Below, in pieces: positions 18,144 through 27,676 of a stretch of DNA of 37,526 nucleotides. Source of the DNA: Minisyncoccia bacterium (GTDB taxonomy: Bacteria; Patescibacteriota; Minisyncoccia; Phycocordibacterales; UBA9973); NCBI GenBank assembly GCA_965656375.1, contig CBFHKH010000001.1, positions 475,319-512,844 of the forward strand, written 5' to 3'. Under the pieces are notes generated by a model, which was not told the origin of the DNA, did not search any database, and was given only the letters and a program-made list of their open reading frames with translations. The position numbers and the translations under genes are program-made. Within the stretch, counting starts at the first letter, position 1. Each line of letters begins with the position of its first letter.

Positions 18144-20745
18144 GTTTTTTAGGTAGTCTAAAAATCTCTGCGACTTCTTCGTAATGTTCGTTTTTCTTAT
18201 CAAAAGCATTTAATAACTCAATTTCGCTCACATCAAGCAGTTCTCCAATGTCGCTGAATGAAAGAAAGTTTCCATGCTCGCTGATAATATATCTCGAAGC
18301 TCCACGAGAAAATCCCAGATTTTGCATCTCTATAACTCGCTTGTCTGTAGTACCGTATTCGATAAATTCAGACCAATCTTGCCCGGCATTTTCTTCACCG
18401 AGTACATATTTAGAAATTAAGTAGTAGTTCAAGAAGTACTTTTCAATCTTAAATCGCAAGCCATTTTCAATATCACTCATTATCTGCTCAATGATGATAT
18501 TGATTTGTTTTTGATCACCAGTAAAACGCTCGTTCTTTGGTCTGCCATCTTCATAGAACCAAATGTCACCCTTATCTTGATGATAGTTAATAGAGAAAGT
18601 AATCAATCGACTCAAAGGCTCTGCCTTTGTCCAGTTTTTCATTAGCATAGCCCAGTATCTAAGACGGCTTTTACCATATCCCGCATCTACAAGCCCTTTC
18701 GGTATTAATGGGTCTCTTCCTCCTGATTCCTCGATGTCCCAGCCATACATCGTGTATAGGGTTTCTAGAGCATGAACAATAATCTCGATATTATCGTTAC
18801 TTATATTTAAAACAGCCTCCTGTTTCTTTGCTTGAATGTGAGCAAGAACTTTGTTTTGGTATATCGGCTTGATTGTCGAAGATGATCTAAGAATATCGCT
18901 AGGAACCTTGTTGGTATTTTTTGTCTTTTCCAAAAGCTCCAAAGCCTTGGGGTTCTTCTCAAAAAATCCTGACTTAAGCACAGAGGCTTCATTCTCTATG
19001 TGATGCAAAAGCATTATGGTCGAATAGTGGGTTAGGTTTTCTTTCTCACCCACACGAAGACTTTTTGCCATGTCTCCATTCACAAGAGCTTTTCCAATAT
19101 TTGTAAATTCTTTAGTCTTCCGTTTCTCTTTATTCACCAAGAAACTATCGACCTTGCCAAGACTCGTTTTCTTTAACAGCTCTGCGCCATCTTGCCAACG
19201 CCTATCTTCGTCTCGGACACATATTACGTTACCTGAGATTTCTTTTGTTAGTCTTCCTGCTCGACCAATTAGATTTTCAAAATCAATTTTTTCAAATGTA
19301 TGAGAACCGTGACCGTCATTAAAAACAAAGATGTTCTTTGCTGGAAGATTTATACCCTCAAGTAAAGTTGAGGTGCAAAATACATACCTGAGTGATGAGT
19401 CTTTGTCGGCAAAAAAGTCTTCGATCTTACGTCGTACAGGCTGTGGCATTTTTCCGTGATGAAACGCAACCCCTTTTCTTAAGCATTCGATCAAGTAATA
19501 ATCCTTGTGAACATAGTCCGCTATATATACGAGCAAGTCTCGAAGCTCCTGGGTATCTGGAACCTTTGGTAAGGTTGATGCAAAATCCTTTGCTCTACGC
19601 ACAGTCTCGGAAATTCCATTACAGTAAATAATATTGTTTACGCCACTACCAAGATTTTCTATAAGCTTCTGAGAGTTTAGGTTAAAATCGAAATTTTCTA
19701 TCGTATGTTTGTCTCCAAGCTCGGAAAACAACACAGCTTCCTTATCTTTAAAATCAACAAAGTACCTATTCTGGGCAACTGTCTGTTCTGTAATAGGAAG
19801 CGAACCTCGATCGTCTTTTTCAAACAGTTTTAGGAAAATATCAGGGTTTGGAATATTTGGAGATGCAAAAACTAGTTTTGTAGCGAACCTGCGCGTTGTT
19901 TCGTATATTGCATGATAATAAAGCGAACTCCGAGAATCATTTTCGGCAATAACTTTCTGTGCTTCATCAACAAAGAGGTATTTAATACCGAGGGCGTTAG
20001 AACTTACGTAACTGAGCAATCGTTCTGGTGTAAAGACGAAGATATGGTATTTATATTTCTTTTGAGCATATGATGATAGAACGGGATGTGAAGCTATATT
20101 CACATTACTATCGTCAATTTCATCTCTTAGTTCTGCAACAACCTGACTGATTAATGCCCTTGTTGGTACAAGGATTACAACCGCGCCATCAATCACCTGA
20201 TTCTGCTGTAGCAGGTGACGGATGTAGTCTTTCATTATGAAAGATTTACCAATCGATGTTGGTCCAGAAAAACTAAAGTAGTCAAAGGATTCCAGTTCCT
20301 TTCTTACTTTATGCTGAGCATCGGTAAAAATGTACTTTCCATTCGATATTTTTTGATTTTCCGACTTTACCTTTCTTTCGATGTTTCTTTCTAAAGGAAG
20401 AGCATCGACATATTCCTCATTATCACGAAGAAATTTCAACGCAGGAAAATTCCCCAATTTTGCCAAGATCGCACTCGCAAATAATTGAAAACTCTTAGAT
20501 TTGCCAAAGGCTTTCACTAAAAGAGCAATGATCTTGTACGCTTTATTTCTTGCATCCGCGTCTTTTGAATGAGAGAGCAGATCAGCAAATCTCATCAGGT
20601 CATTAAATTCCTTTTCAGATATTGATTCGTTTGTTCCAATACTAAAACAATCATGTGCTGAGATGATTTCTGCCTTACTGAAGAGACTCAAAAAATAATC
20701 GTCTTTCAGTATGTCTTCTTTGAGTCTTTCAGCAATAGTCGTCAT
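18136..20745 (-). CDS. hamB: Ski2-like SF2 helicase, Hachiman HamB-like
   Basis: GPTSIGKS, LVPTRAL, TPER, FVDEAQK, GVAFHHG, TSTLLEGINLP, NLIGRAGR; coupled to the DUF1837-like gene by an ATGA overlap. Confidence 0.82.
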   Translation of the reverse strand: MTTIAERLKEDILKDDYFLSLFSKAEIISAHDCFSIGTNESISEKEFNDLMRFADLLSHSKDADARNKAYKIIALLVKAFGKSKSFQLFASAILAKLGNFPALKFLRDNEEYVDALPLERNIERKVKSENQKISNGKYIFTDAQHKVRKELESFDYFSFSGPTSIGKSFIMKDYIRHLLQQNQVIDGAVVILVPTRALISQVVAELRDEIDDSNVNIASHPVLSSYAQKKYKYHIFVFTPERLLSYVSSNALGIKYLFVDEAQKVIAENDSRSSLYYHAIYETTRRFATKLVFASPNIPNPDIFLKLFEKDDRGSLPITEQTVAQNRYFVDFKDKEAVLFSELGDKHTIENFDFNLNSQKLIENLGSGVNNIIYCNGISETVRRAKDFASTLPKVPDTQELRDLLVYIADYVHKDYYLIECLRKGVAFHHGKMPQPVRRKIEDFFADKDSSLRYVFCTSTLLEGINLPAKNIFVFNDGHGSHTFEKIDFENLIGRAGRLTKEISGNVICVRDEDRRWQDGAELLKKTSLGKVDSFLVNKEKRKTKEFTNIGKALVNGDMAKSLRVGEKENLTHYSTIMLLHHIENEASVLKSGFFEKNPKALELLEKTKNTNKVPSDILRSSSTIKPIYQNKVLAHIQAKKQEAVLNISNDNIEIIVHALETLYTMYGWDIEESGGRDPLIPKGLVDAGYGKSRLRYWAMLMKNWTKAEPLSRLITFSINYHQDKGDIWFYEDGRPKNERFTGDQKQINIIIEQIMSDIENGLRFKIEKYFLNYYLISKYVLGEENAGQDWSEFIEYGTTDKRVIEMQNLGFSRGASRYIISEHGNFLSFSDIGELLDVSEIELLNAFDKKNEHYEEVAEIFRLPKKHE

Positions 20746-21671
20746 TGGATATGTTCGATTATCTTTTTTCTGGTCGAATCCAGACTTATGTCACCCTTTT
20801 TAATAAAAGGGACAGCGTATATATAAAAATGATACCCATCAAGGTTATGGGTTGTGATTTGCTCTTGGATATAGTCGTATCTATCCTCTACAGACTTTTT
20901 AACTTCTTCTTTGATCTTCTTTTCAAAATCCTGATCTGTCATCTGTTGGAGATCCCAGTCATTTATATCAATTTCAAAACCAACAAAAATACCAAAACAA
21001 TTTGCTTTCGTAACAGAGGTGTCACGCGCCGATGGTTTAATGATGTTCTTGAGGTATTCCACTGCATCTTCAGCAAAAGATTCTTTCATCAGATTAGAAT
21101 CCACCAAATTTATTTCTCCACCAATTCCTTCCGTTTCGACTTTTTTAATGGACTTAAAAGCATCCGCTATTGCCTTGCGGAAGCTTGAACCTTTTTCGGT
21201 TGAATCACTGATCATCTTTGATTCTCCGAAAATGAGATGAAAATTTCCGTTACCAAGATCAAGAAGATGAATACCATCAGCGCCCTTTATGTAGTCATTC
21301 CCAGAAGTCTTGAGTTCCATTTTTGATAGAATCTTCGGAGCATTCAAATGAGTTTCAAGGAAGCAGTACAAAAACAGTTCACCACCCTCGCCATCATTAA
21401 CTTCAAAATCTCTGAACGACTGTTGTACTTGTTTGATGTGCTCGTGTAATTTACCTTCCTCAATACCTTCAAATTTGGTTCGAGAAAAGACATATGTAAT
21501 GGCGGCGTTACCCAACTCGCGATTCATGCTCTCATAGTCAAAACGCCCACCGTCTATTCGGAGGACATACAGACTTAGTTTGGTCTTTACCGTTAGATTA
21601 TGGGCATCTATCTCTGGCTCATAAAATAAATCTAAGAATTTCTTACCATTTTTAATACTTTTCTCTATCAT
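20742..21671 (-). CDS. hamA: DUF1837 / HamA-like PD-(D/E)xK nuclease
   Basis: GELFLYCFLE, KMELKT, GADGIH, FGESK and terminal Y.VPF motifs. Start set at ATG 21671; the ORF track extends to 21770. Confidence 0.82.
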   Translation of the reverse strand: MIEKSIKNGKKFLDLFYEPEIDAHNLTVKTKLSLYVLRIDGGRFDYESMNRELGNAAITYVFSRTKFEGIEEGKLHEHIKQVQQSFRDFEVNDGEGGELFLYCFLETHLNAPKILSKMELKTSGNDYIKGADGIHLLDLGNGNFHLIFGESKMISDSTEKGSSFRKAIADAFKSIKKVETEGIGGEINLVDSNLMKESFAEDAVEYLKNIIKPSARDTSVTKANCFGIFVGFEIDINDWDLQQMTDQDFEKKIKEEVKKSVEDRYDYIQEQITTHNLDGYHFYIYAVPFIKKGDISLDSTRKKIIEHIQ

Positions 21672-22051
21672 AAAATCTCTTGGATATAAGTGTATCCTAC
21701 TTGCAGATTCTAGCATTTTCCTCTTGATTTTTCCAGTTTTTATTGTATGGCTTTTAACTGTTTCCACCACTCTGTGCCGGAGAAGACTGTCAAGGATTCT
21801 TTTGCATCATCAACACCAAAAGTATCGTCGCATTTCAGTCAACAAATAATTTAAACGCCATTTATATCCCTTATTACAAGGGTATTTTTATGTCTGCATA
21901 CCAAACACCGTATACACAAATTGATACGCCCCTTGCACATTCCAAAACCCCACATTCACTTTTTTAGTATCGTGACTATGTAACACAGAGCTGTCATTTT
22001 CGGAGAAATGTACGCCACTGATTACTTTATTAGCACTAATTCATACACATT

Positions 22052-23332
22052 ATGAAAAAAGAAAAACTTGAATGGAGTTCGGGGGTTCGTGAGGTTACGA
22101 AGCTAAAGCCTTGGAAAGATAATCCGAGGTCGATAACAGCATCGGCGTTTGAAAAGTTAAAAGACAGAATCAGGGAACGTGGCTTTCACAGCACGATTGT
22201 CATTGATACGGACAATACTATCCTCTCAGGAAACATGCGAAGAGAGGCACTCATTGCACTTGGCATAAAGGAGGTAAATATTCTTGTTCCGAATCGAAAA
22301 CTGACAAGCGAAGAAAGAAAACGGATCGCACTCGAAAGTAACTTGAACGATGGAGAGTGGAACATGGAGGCTTTGAAGTCATTTAATTTGGAACTACTCA
22401 CCGATGTTGGATTCGATCAGATGAAATTGGTGGAGTTCTGGGACAAGGATGCGGAAGTTGCAAAGGATTCGTTTGATCTGAAGAAAGAAATCAAGATTGC
22501 TGAAAAGACGAAGATAAAACGTGGCGATATGTATCAGCTCGGTTGTCACAAATTAATCTGTGCCGATGCGACAGATCCGAATACTGTCATCAAATTGATG
22601 GATGGTGTAAAGGTAGATCTCGTCAATCAGGATCCCCCCTACAATATCGGGCTGTCATATGACAAAGGGGTGGGTGGAAAAAAGAGCAGTAAAAAGTATG
22701 GTGGTCAAACCGATGACAACCTGAGCGACGAGGGCTACAAGGATTTCATCAGGAAGATGATGAAGAATGCGTTGTCCGTCAGCAAGAAAGATTGCCATTT
22801 TGCCTACTGGGGAGATGAACGCTTTGTCTGGGTTTTTCAGACTCTCTACAAAGAACTAGGTATCGCTTCCAAGAGACTCCTCATATGGGTAAAAAACAAT
22901 GCATCGCCCACGCCTCAGACCGCATTCAACAAAGCAACGGAATACATCATTTATGGTACGACTGGATCGCCGTACCTCTCTCCCAATGTTCACAATGCCA
23001 ATGAAGTAATAAACTTCGACACCACAACAGGAAATGATTTGCTTGATGAAGTGAGCAATATCATTCTTCAGAAAAGACTTCCCAGCAACCAATATCATCA
23101 CCCCACCCAAAAAGATCCTCAGGTACACTCGAAGATTCTCAAGCGTTGCACCAAGATTGGCGATGCGGTGCTTGATCTGACCGCTGGCTCTGGAAGCATC
23201 ATGTCTGCGTGCGAACAGCTCGGCAGAGTTGCCTATATGTCTGACTACGAGCCTGTGTTCTGTCAGGTGATCTTGAACAGGTACAAGAAGATGACAGGAC
23301 TTAATCCAGTAAAGATATATGAAGAAAAATAA
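22052..23332 (+). CDS. ParB-like N-terminal domain fused to an N6/N4 DNA methyltransferase (phage-type)
   Basis: NPR...IVID...ILSGNMR (ParB); G.HKLICADA, DPPYN, HPTQK, VLDLTAGSGS (beta-class motif order). Confidence 0.9.
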   Translation: MKKEKLEWSSGVREVTKLKPWKDNPRSITASAFEKLKDRIRERGFHSTIVIDTDNTILSGNMRREALIALGIKEVNILVPNRKLTSEERKRIALESNLNDGEWNMEALKSFNLELLTDVGFDQMKLVEFWDKDAEVAKDSFDLKKEIKIAEKTKIKRGDMYQLGCHKLICADATDPNTVIKLMDGVKVDLVNQDPPYNIGLSYDKGVGGKKSSKKYGGQTDDNLSDEGYKDFIRKMMKNALSVSKKDCHFAYWGDERFVWVFQTLYKELGIASKRLLIWVKNNASPTPQTAFNKATEYIIYGTTGSPYLSPNVHNANEVINFDTTTGNDLLDEVSNIILQKRLPSNQYHHPTQKDPQVHSKILKRCTKIGDAVLDLTAGSGSIMSACEQLGRVAYMSDYEPVFCQVILNRYKKMTGLNPVKIYEEK

Positions 23333-23714
23333 GATCCAGGATAAGTTCCTGGAAGAATTGAGGACTATTCCCATAGTGCAGGTCGGTTGCGAGAAATCAG
23401 GGATTTCCAGAAACAGCGTGTATCGATGGAAAAAGGAAGACAAGACTTTTTCCAATAAGATGGATCAAGCACTCGCTGACGGCGTGGCTTTTGTAAGTGA
23501 CATGAGTGAGAGTCAACTGCTTACGCTCATCAAGGAGAAGAATTTTCCTGCTCTGAGCTTTTGGCTACGGCACAGGAATGATAACTACAAAAGCAAAGTC
23601 GAAGTGTCTGGCACTATCTCTACCAAAGATGAACCTCTAACCAAAGAGCAGAAGAAGCTCGTACGACAGGCATTGAAATTGTCCTCCCTAAAGCATTATG
23701 AAAAAGAAAAGTGA
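23319..23714 (+). CDS. HTH protein, putative terminase small subunit
   Basis: CEKSGISRNSVYRWKKED HTH and A..FWL motif; overlaps both neighbours and directly precedes TerL. Confidence 0.72.
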   Translation: MKKNKIQDKFLEELRTIPIVQVGCEKSGISRNSVYRWKKEDKTFSNKMDQALADGVAFVSDMSESQLLTLIKEKNFPALSFWLRHRNDNYKSKVEVSGTISTKDEPLTKEQKKLVRQALKLSSLKHYEKEK

Positions 23715-25146
23715 AAGCGATGAAATCTTCGAGCGTGTCCTGAAAGATCAGCGTTTTCGGCAAGAAGTTGTCAGGAAGAGTCTTGAGTTTTTCTTCCCGA
23801 TATATCTGCACGAATACATCAAGTACGAAACCGCACCGTTCCAAAGAGAGATATTTCGTATTCTTCAAAACGAGAAGAACAAGCTTGCCGTCATAACGGC
23901 GTTTCGAGGATCAGCCAAATCAACCATCATTACGACCGCATATGTCCTGTGGTCTATCTTGGGCGTGCAACAAAAGAAGTTCATTATGATCTGTTCGCAA
24001 ACTGAAACGAAAGCGAGACAGCATTTGAATAACATCAAGGATCAGCTTTTACATAACGAACTTTTGAAAAAAGACCTCGGACCATTCGAGGAAGAAAAGA
24101 ACAATCTTGGAAACGCCACAGCTCTCATCATCAAGCGAATGAATGTGAAGATCATGATCTGTTCTATCGAGCAGAGTATCCGTGGTATGCGTCACAACGA
24201 GCATCGTCCCGACCTTATTATTCTCGACGACATCGAAGATCTTAACTCAGTCAAAACAAAGGAGGGACGAAACAAAACTTTTGACTGGCTGACTGGTGAC
24301 ATCATTCCCGCAGGTACGAGGAAGACTCGGATTATCGCAATTGGTAACCTGCTCCACGAGGACTGCGTACTCAAACGATTGGAAAAGAAAATTGAAAACG
24401 GCGAGATGAAAATAATGAACGGCATCTATCGTGAGTATCCGATCATTGATGGCAAAGGCAATCCTTTGTGGGCTGGCAAATATCCTACACCCGAATCTAT
24501 TGAGGAAGAGCGAGAGAAAACCATGAACGATACCGCATGGCACAGAGAGTACTTACTTAAGATCATTTCAAGCGATGAACAGATCGTACACCCCGAATGG
24601 ATCAAACTCTATGACAAGATTCCTCCCGACGGTTTTAGAGGTATTTATATCGGCGTTGACCTAGCTATCGGAGAGAAAGAAACGAATGACTGCACATCCA
24701 TGGTTATTGGGTACGTTTTTGGTATTGGAAAGAAAATGCATATATACATTCGTCCTAAACCGTTCAATGCACGAGTTCCTTTCCCAGAACAAGCTGAATA
24801 TCTCGCAGGTCTTATCGCACGAGAAAAGATCATGCACCGCAGAGTCAAAGTATATGTTGAAGATGTGGGCTACCAACGAGCATTGGTTCAATATTTTGAT
24901 AGCAATAAATACGATATCGAGGCTGTGCCAGTCGGCAGAATGAGCAAGTCATTGCGACTGCAATTGACCACACCACTCATTAAAGAAGGCAGAGTTCTTT
25001 TTCCAGAGGAAGGATGTGAGGAACTGCTTGATCAGATCCTAGGATTTGGAAAAGAAAAACATGACGATCTTGTCGATGCTTTTTCCTTATTGGTTATGAA
25101 AGTGATTGATAACAATCCGAACAATGCAGGAATACTGTTTGGTTAA
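23698..25146 (+). CDS. terL: Phage terminase large subunit
   Basis: Walker A FRGSAKST, Walker B LIILDDIE, RNase H-like IGVDLA, D.TS, YVED and HDDLVDA. Confidence 0.9.
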   Translation: MKKKSESDEIFERVLKDQRFRQEVVRKSLEFFFPIYLHEYIKYETAPFQREIFRILQNEKNKLAVITAFRGSAKSTIITTAYVLWSILGVQQKKFIMICSQTETKARQHLNNIKDQLLHNELLKKDLGPFEEEKNNLGNATALIIKRMNVKIMICSIEQSIRGMRHNEHRPDLIILDDIEDLNSVKTKEGRNKTFDWLTGDIIPAGTRKTRIIAIGNLLHEDCVLKRLEKKIENGEMKIMNGIYREYPIIDGKGNPLWAGKYPTPESIEEEREKTMNDTAWHREYLLKIISSDEQIVHPEWIKLYDKIPPDGFRGIYIGVDLAIGEKETNDCTSMVIGYVFGIGKKMHIYIRPKPFNARVPFPEQAEYLAGLIAREKIMHRRVKVYVEDVGYQRALVQYFDSNKYDIEAVPVGRMSKSLRLQLTTPLIKEGRVLFPEEGCEELLDQILGFGKEKHDDLVDAFSLLVMKVIDNNPNNAGILFG

Positions 25147-25148
25147 CT

Positions 25149-25574
25149 TTACTTGATCTTTTCTCCGTCGAAAATGAACTCTACAACTTTCCAGTTCGCA
25201 TCTGTCTCGACTGACTCCTGAGTATCTTGCCCGCCGATATATTCGAGCTTCATAGACCAGTAGGTACGGATCATCGCCCCGAACCCATTTTGACTGTCGA
25301 TATACGACGATACTTCAAACAGGTTCGGATTTGTCGGATCGACTTTTGTTGTTGGCGGATTATATTTCGCTGTTGATGGCGACTTCAGTGGAACTTTATC
25401 AATGTACGACTTTGCAAGAATTCGTGCGCTCTGATATTTCACTTCGCTGATCTGCTGAGCAGGTGTAGGAGCAGGGCTACTATTTATATCTGCGACCATT
25501 CCGACAACAAACAGAACACCTAAAATAAGAACAAGCTTCTTACCTGTAGACCAGGTAGATATTTTTAAATTCAT
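25149..25574 (-). CDS. Membrane-anchored hypothetical protein
   Basis: N-terminal TM helix, Pro-rich linker, LKSPSTAK and IDSQNGFGAMIR motifs. Confidence 0.75.
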   Translation of the reverse strand: MNLKISTWSTGKKLVLILGVLFVVGMVADINSSPAPTPAQQISEVKYQSARILAKSYIDKVPLKSPSTAKYNPPTTKVDPTNPNLFEVSSYIDSQNGFGAMIRTYWSMKLEYIGGQDTQESVETDANWKVVEFIFDGEKIK

Positions 25575-25616
25575 AAAACTTTAGCGGTTTTTTATGACTA
25601 ATAATGTTTGAGGAGA

Positions 25617-25718
25617 TGCAAAAATCTCCCCGCCAGTTGCGATCCGATCTTTCGACCGAACCCATACCCGTTTCCAGATATGACCGCTAAAGTGACTCCT
25701 GACGAGGAGGTTTTTACA
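25617..25718 (-). ncRNA. Structured ncRNA resembling c4/CI antisense RNAs
   Basis: A 20-bp closing stem (one mismatch, three G-U) encloses two GAAA-capped hairpins and an unpaired segment complementary to sites upstream and downstream. Confidence 0.65.
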
Positions 25719-25934
25719 CTTTAGCGGGTTTTGCGCCATACCTTTGGAACAAGTTCTAAAGGGTTAGGCGACTATATTCAACTGTAAATGAATAATAACA
25801 TTTTCGACCTTATTATTCTAGATTGATTCTATCGCTGATACATGGTTTTGCTAAGACTTAGGTCGCGAGTATGCGACGTATTTCTAGTTCTGCATAGTCT
25901 ATGCACCATCCACCAGTCTGTCATCAATATAGAT

Positions 25935-27254
25935 ATGGAAACCCAGTACATAAGTAACCTTGGTGTTAAAACGGAGATAGTTCAAGCAAAAGTTCGCTAT
26001 GTTCTATACGCCAGAAAATCGACTGAATCAGACGAGAAGCAAGCTTTGTCTATTGAGTCGCAAGTAAAGGAAATGTTAACTATCGCAGATCGTGATGGAC
26101 TCACTGTGGTAGATATCAGGCGAGAATCACATAGCGCTAAAGAATCAGGACAGCGACCTGTATTTAAAGAATTGCTTGAAGATGTTCGTAGAGGCAGATA
26201 TACGGGAATATTAACATGGGCACCTGATCGTCTTTCTCGAAACGCAGGAGATCTTGGGTCTGTGGTTGATCTCATGGACGAGAATAAATTGATAGAGATT
26301 AGAACATACGGACAACATTTCAAGAACTCACCAAATGAAAAGTTTCTCTTAATGATCTTGTGTTCTCAAGCAAAGCTAGAAAACGACAACAAGAGCATTA
26401 ATGTAAAACGAGGATTAAGAACGAGATGCGAAATGGGGCTACGACCAGGACCTGCGGTTGTCGGATATCTCAACGAAAAGCGAATGGATAAAAAGTGTGA
26501 AGTGATTATAGATCCTGAACGAGCACCGATAGTAAAACAGATTTTTGAAAAGGTAGCGTATGAGCAATGGTCAGGCAGAAAGATTTTTCATTGGCTGAAG
26601 TTTGATCTGAACTTCAAGACCAGAAGTGGCAACAAAGGACTCACTCTCAGCAATATCTACCTCATACTGCAAAACCCCATCTACTATGGGGTTTTTGAAT
26701 ACCCAAAGAAAAGCGGAAATTTCTATACAGGAAAGCATGAGCCAATAATTTCTAAGGAACTCTTTGATCAAGTCCAAGGACAGATAAAAAGTCAGGTACT
26801 ACGAGTACAGGAACCAAAAGAATTTGCGTTCACCAAGATGATGACCTGTGGTCTATGCGATTCTGGTATCTGTGCAGATGAGAAGTTTAAGAAACTCAAA
26901 GACGGATCAGTGAACAGGCATGTTTACTATAGCTGTACCAAATCAAAGGATAAGTATTGCAAATGCGGATATATAAACGAAACCGAGTTGATAGAACAGT
27001 TCGAGAAACTTCTTGAATCAATCAATATCAGCGAGATCGGAATGAAAGAAAAGATCAAATATGAGGTTGAACGGATCAAGAAATTCAATCAGTCTGTTTT
27101 GAATATAAAACAGCAGATACAGATCAAGGATGTAGACATTAGAGACTACGCCAAATTTATCTTGAAAGACGGTTCGATTGAGGAGAAGCGAGAATTACTT
27201 ACTTGTTTTAAAAGCAAGATTATACTAAAAGATAAAATTATTTCACTAGATTAG
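25935..27254 (+). CDS. Large serine recombinase (resolvase, recombinase and zinc-ribbon domains)
   Basis: YARKSTE, S.ESQ, RP.F..L, DRLSRN, L.NP.Y.G, GKHEPIISKELF, CGLC...YYSC...C; start at ATG 25935. Confidence 0.93.
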   Translation: METQYISNLGVKTEIVQAKVRYVLYARKSTESDEKQALSIESQVKEMLTIADRDGLTVVDIRRESHSAKESGQRPVFKELLEDVRRGRYTGILTWAPDRLSRNAGDLGSVVDLMDENKLIEIRTYGQHFKNSPNEKFLLMILCSQAKLENDNKSINVKRGLRTRCEMGLRPGPAVVGYLNEKRMDKKCEVIIDPERAPIVKQIFEKVAYEQWSGRKIFHWLKFDLNFKTRSGNKGLTLSNIYLILQNPIYYGVFEYPKKSGNFYTGKHEPIISKELFDQVQGQIKSQVLRVQEPKEFAFTKMMTCGLCDSGICADEKFKKLKDGSVNRHVYYSCTKSKDKYCKCGYINETELIEQFEKLLESINISEIGMKEKIKYEVERIKKFNQSVLNIKQQIQIKDVDIRDYAKFILKDGSIEEKRELLTCFKSKIILKDKIISLD

Positions 27255-27258
27255 GAAA

Positions 27259-27657
27259 CTAACTAAAATTAACCACAAAATTATACATACCCATACTGCA
27301 TGTTCCCTGAAGAGGAGTGCCTGCCTCTGGTGTACCTACATCAACAACCTCTTCTCCTGTCTGAGGTAATACTTTTTGAAAACCAATTGATCGAATCACC
27401 AATGATGATGAACAATCGTATGTACCGTCAGTTTTAATAATTAATTTTGTAGGGATACCAGCCTTTGCTGTAGAAACTTTTGGAGAATAACCACCCTTAG
27501 CTTCAATCGTCACGTATTGAATACCATCTCTTACCTCCACATTTTGTAATGCCTGATTCGACACGGAACCTGTATCACTTTTTGTACCACCAACAAAGAT
27601 AATACCAATACCGACAACAAGAGCTATAGTGATGATGATTGAGGCTGTTTTGTTCAT
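27259..27657 (-). CDS. Cupredoxin-domain protein
   Basis: N-terminal TM, GYSP..., GTCSMGMY copper ligands. Confidence 0.82.
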   Translation of the reverse strand: MNKTASIIITIALVVGIGIIFVGGTKSDTGSVSNQALQNVEVRDGIQYVTIEAKGGYSPKVSTAKAGIPTKLIIKTDGTYDCSSSLVIRSIGFQKVLPQTGEEVVDVGTPEAGTPLQGTCSMGMYNFVVNFS

Positions 27658-27676
27658 ATGATTATTATACTTAAAA

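Larger units (their letters stand above)
16397..27254. mobile_element. Putative serine-recombinase integrative element with a terminase module and defence cargo; boundaries approximate
   Basis: Contiguous block of recombinase, ParB-methyltransferase, TerS, TerL and Hachiman-like genes between ordinary metabolic genes; att sites not identified. Confidence 0.6.

Noticed and set aside
21860-21890. Small hairpin CCCTT-ATTAC-AAGGG between hamA and the methyltransferase
   Set aside because: A 5-bp stem is too short to support a functional call without comparative data.
22052-25146. Complete prophage
   Set aside because: No portal, capsid, tail, lysis or replication genes anywhere in the window.
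25617-25718. c-di-GMP-I riboswitch or tRNA
   Set aside because: Lacks the GGCAAA...GACGCAAAGC core and tetraloop receptor; no T-loop or anticodon arm geometry.
16370-27271. 10-bp inverted match TTAATTTTAG/CTAAAATTAA as element termini
   Set aside because: Low-complexity AT-rich sequence, and the right copy lies in the cupredoxin coding end.
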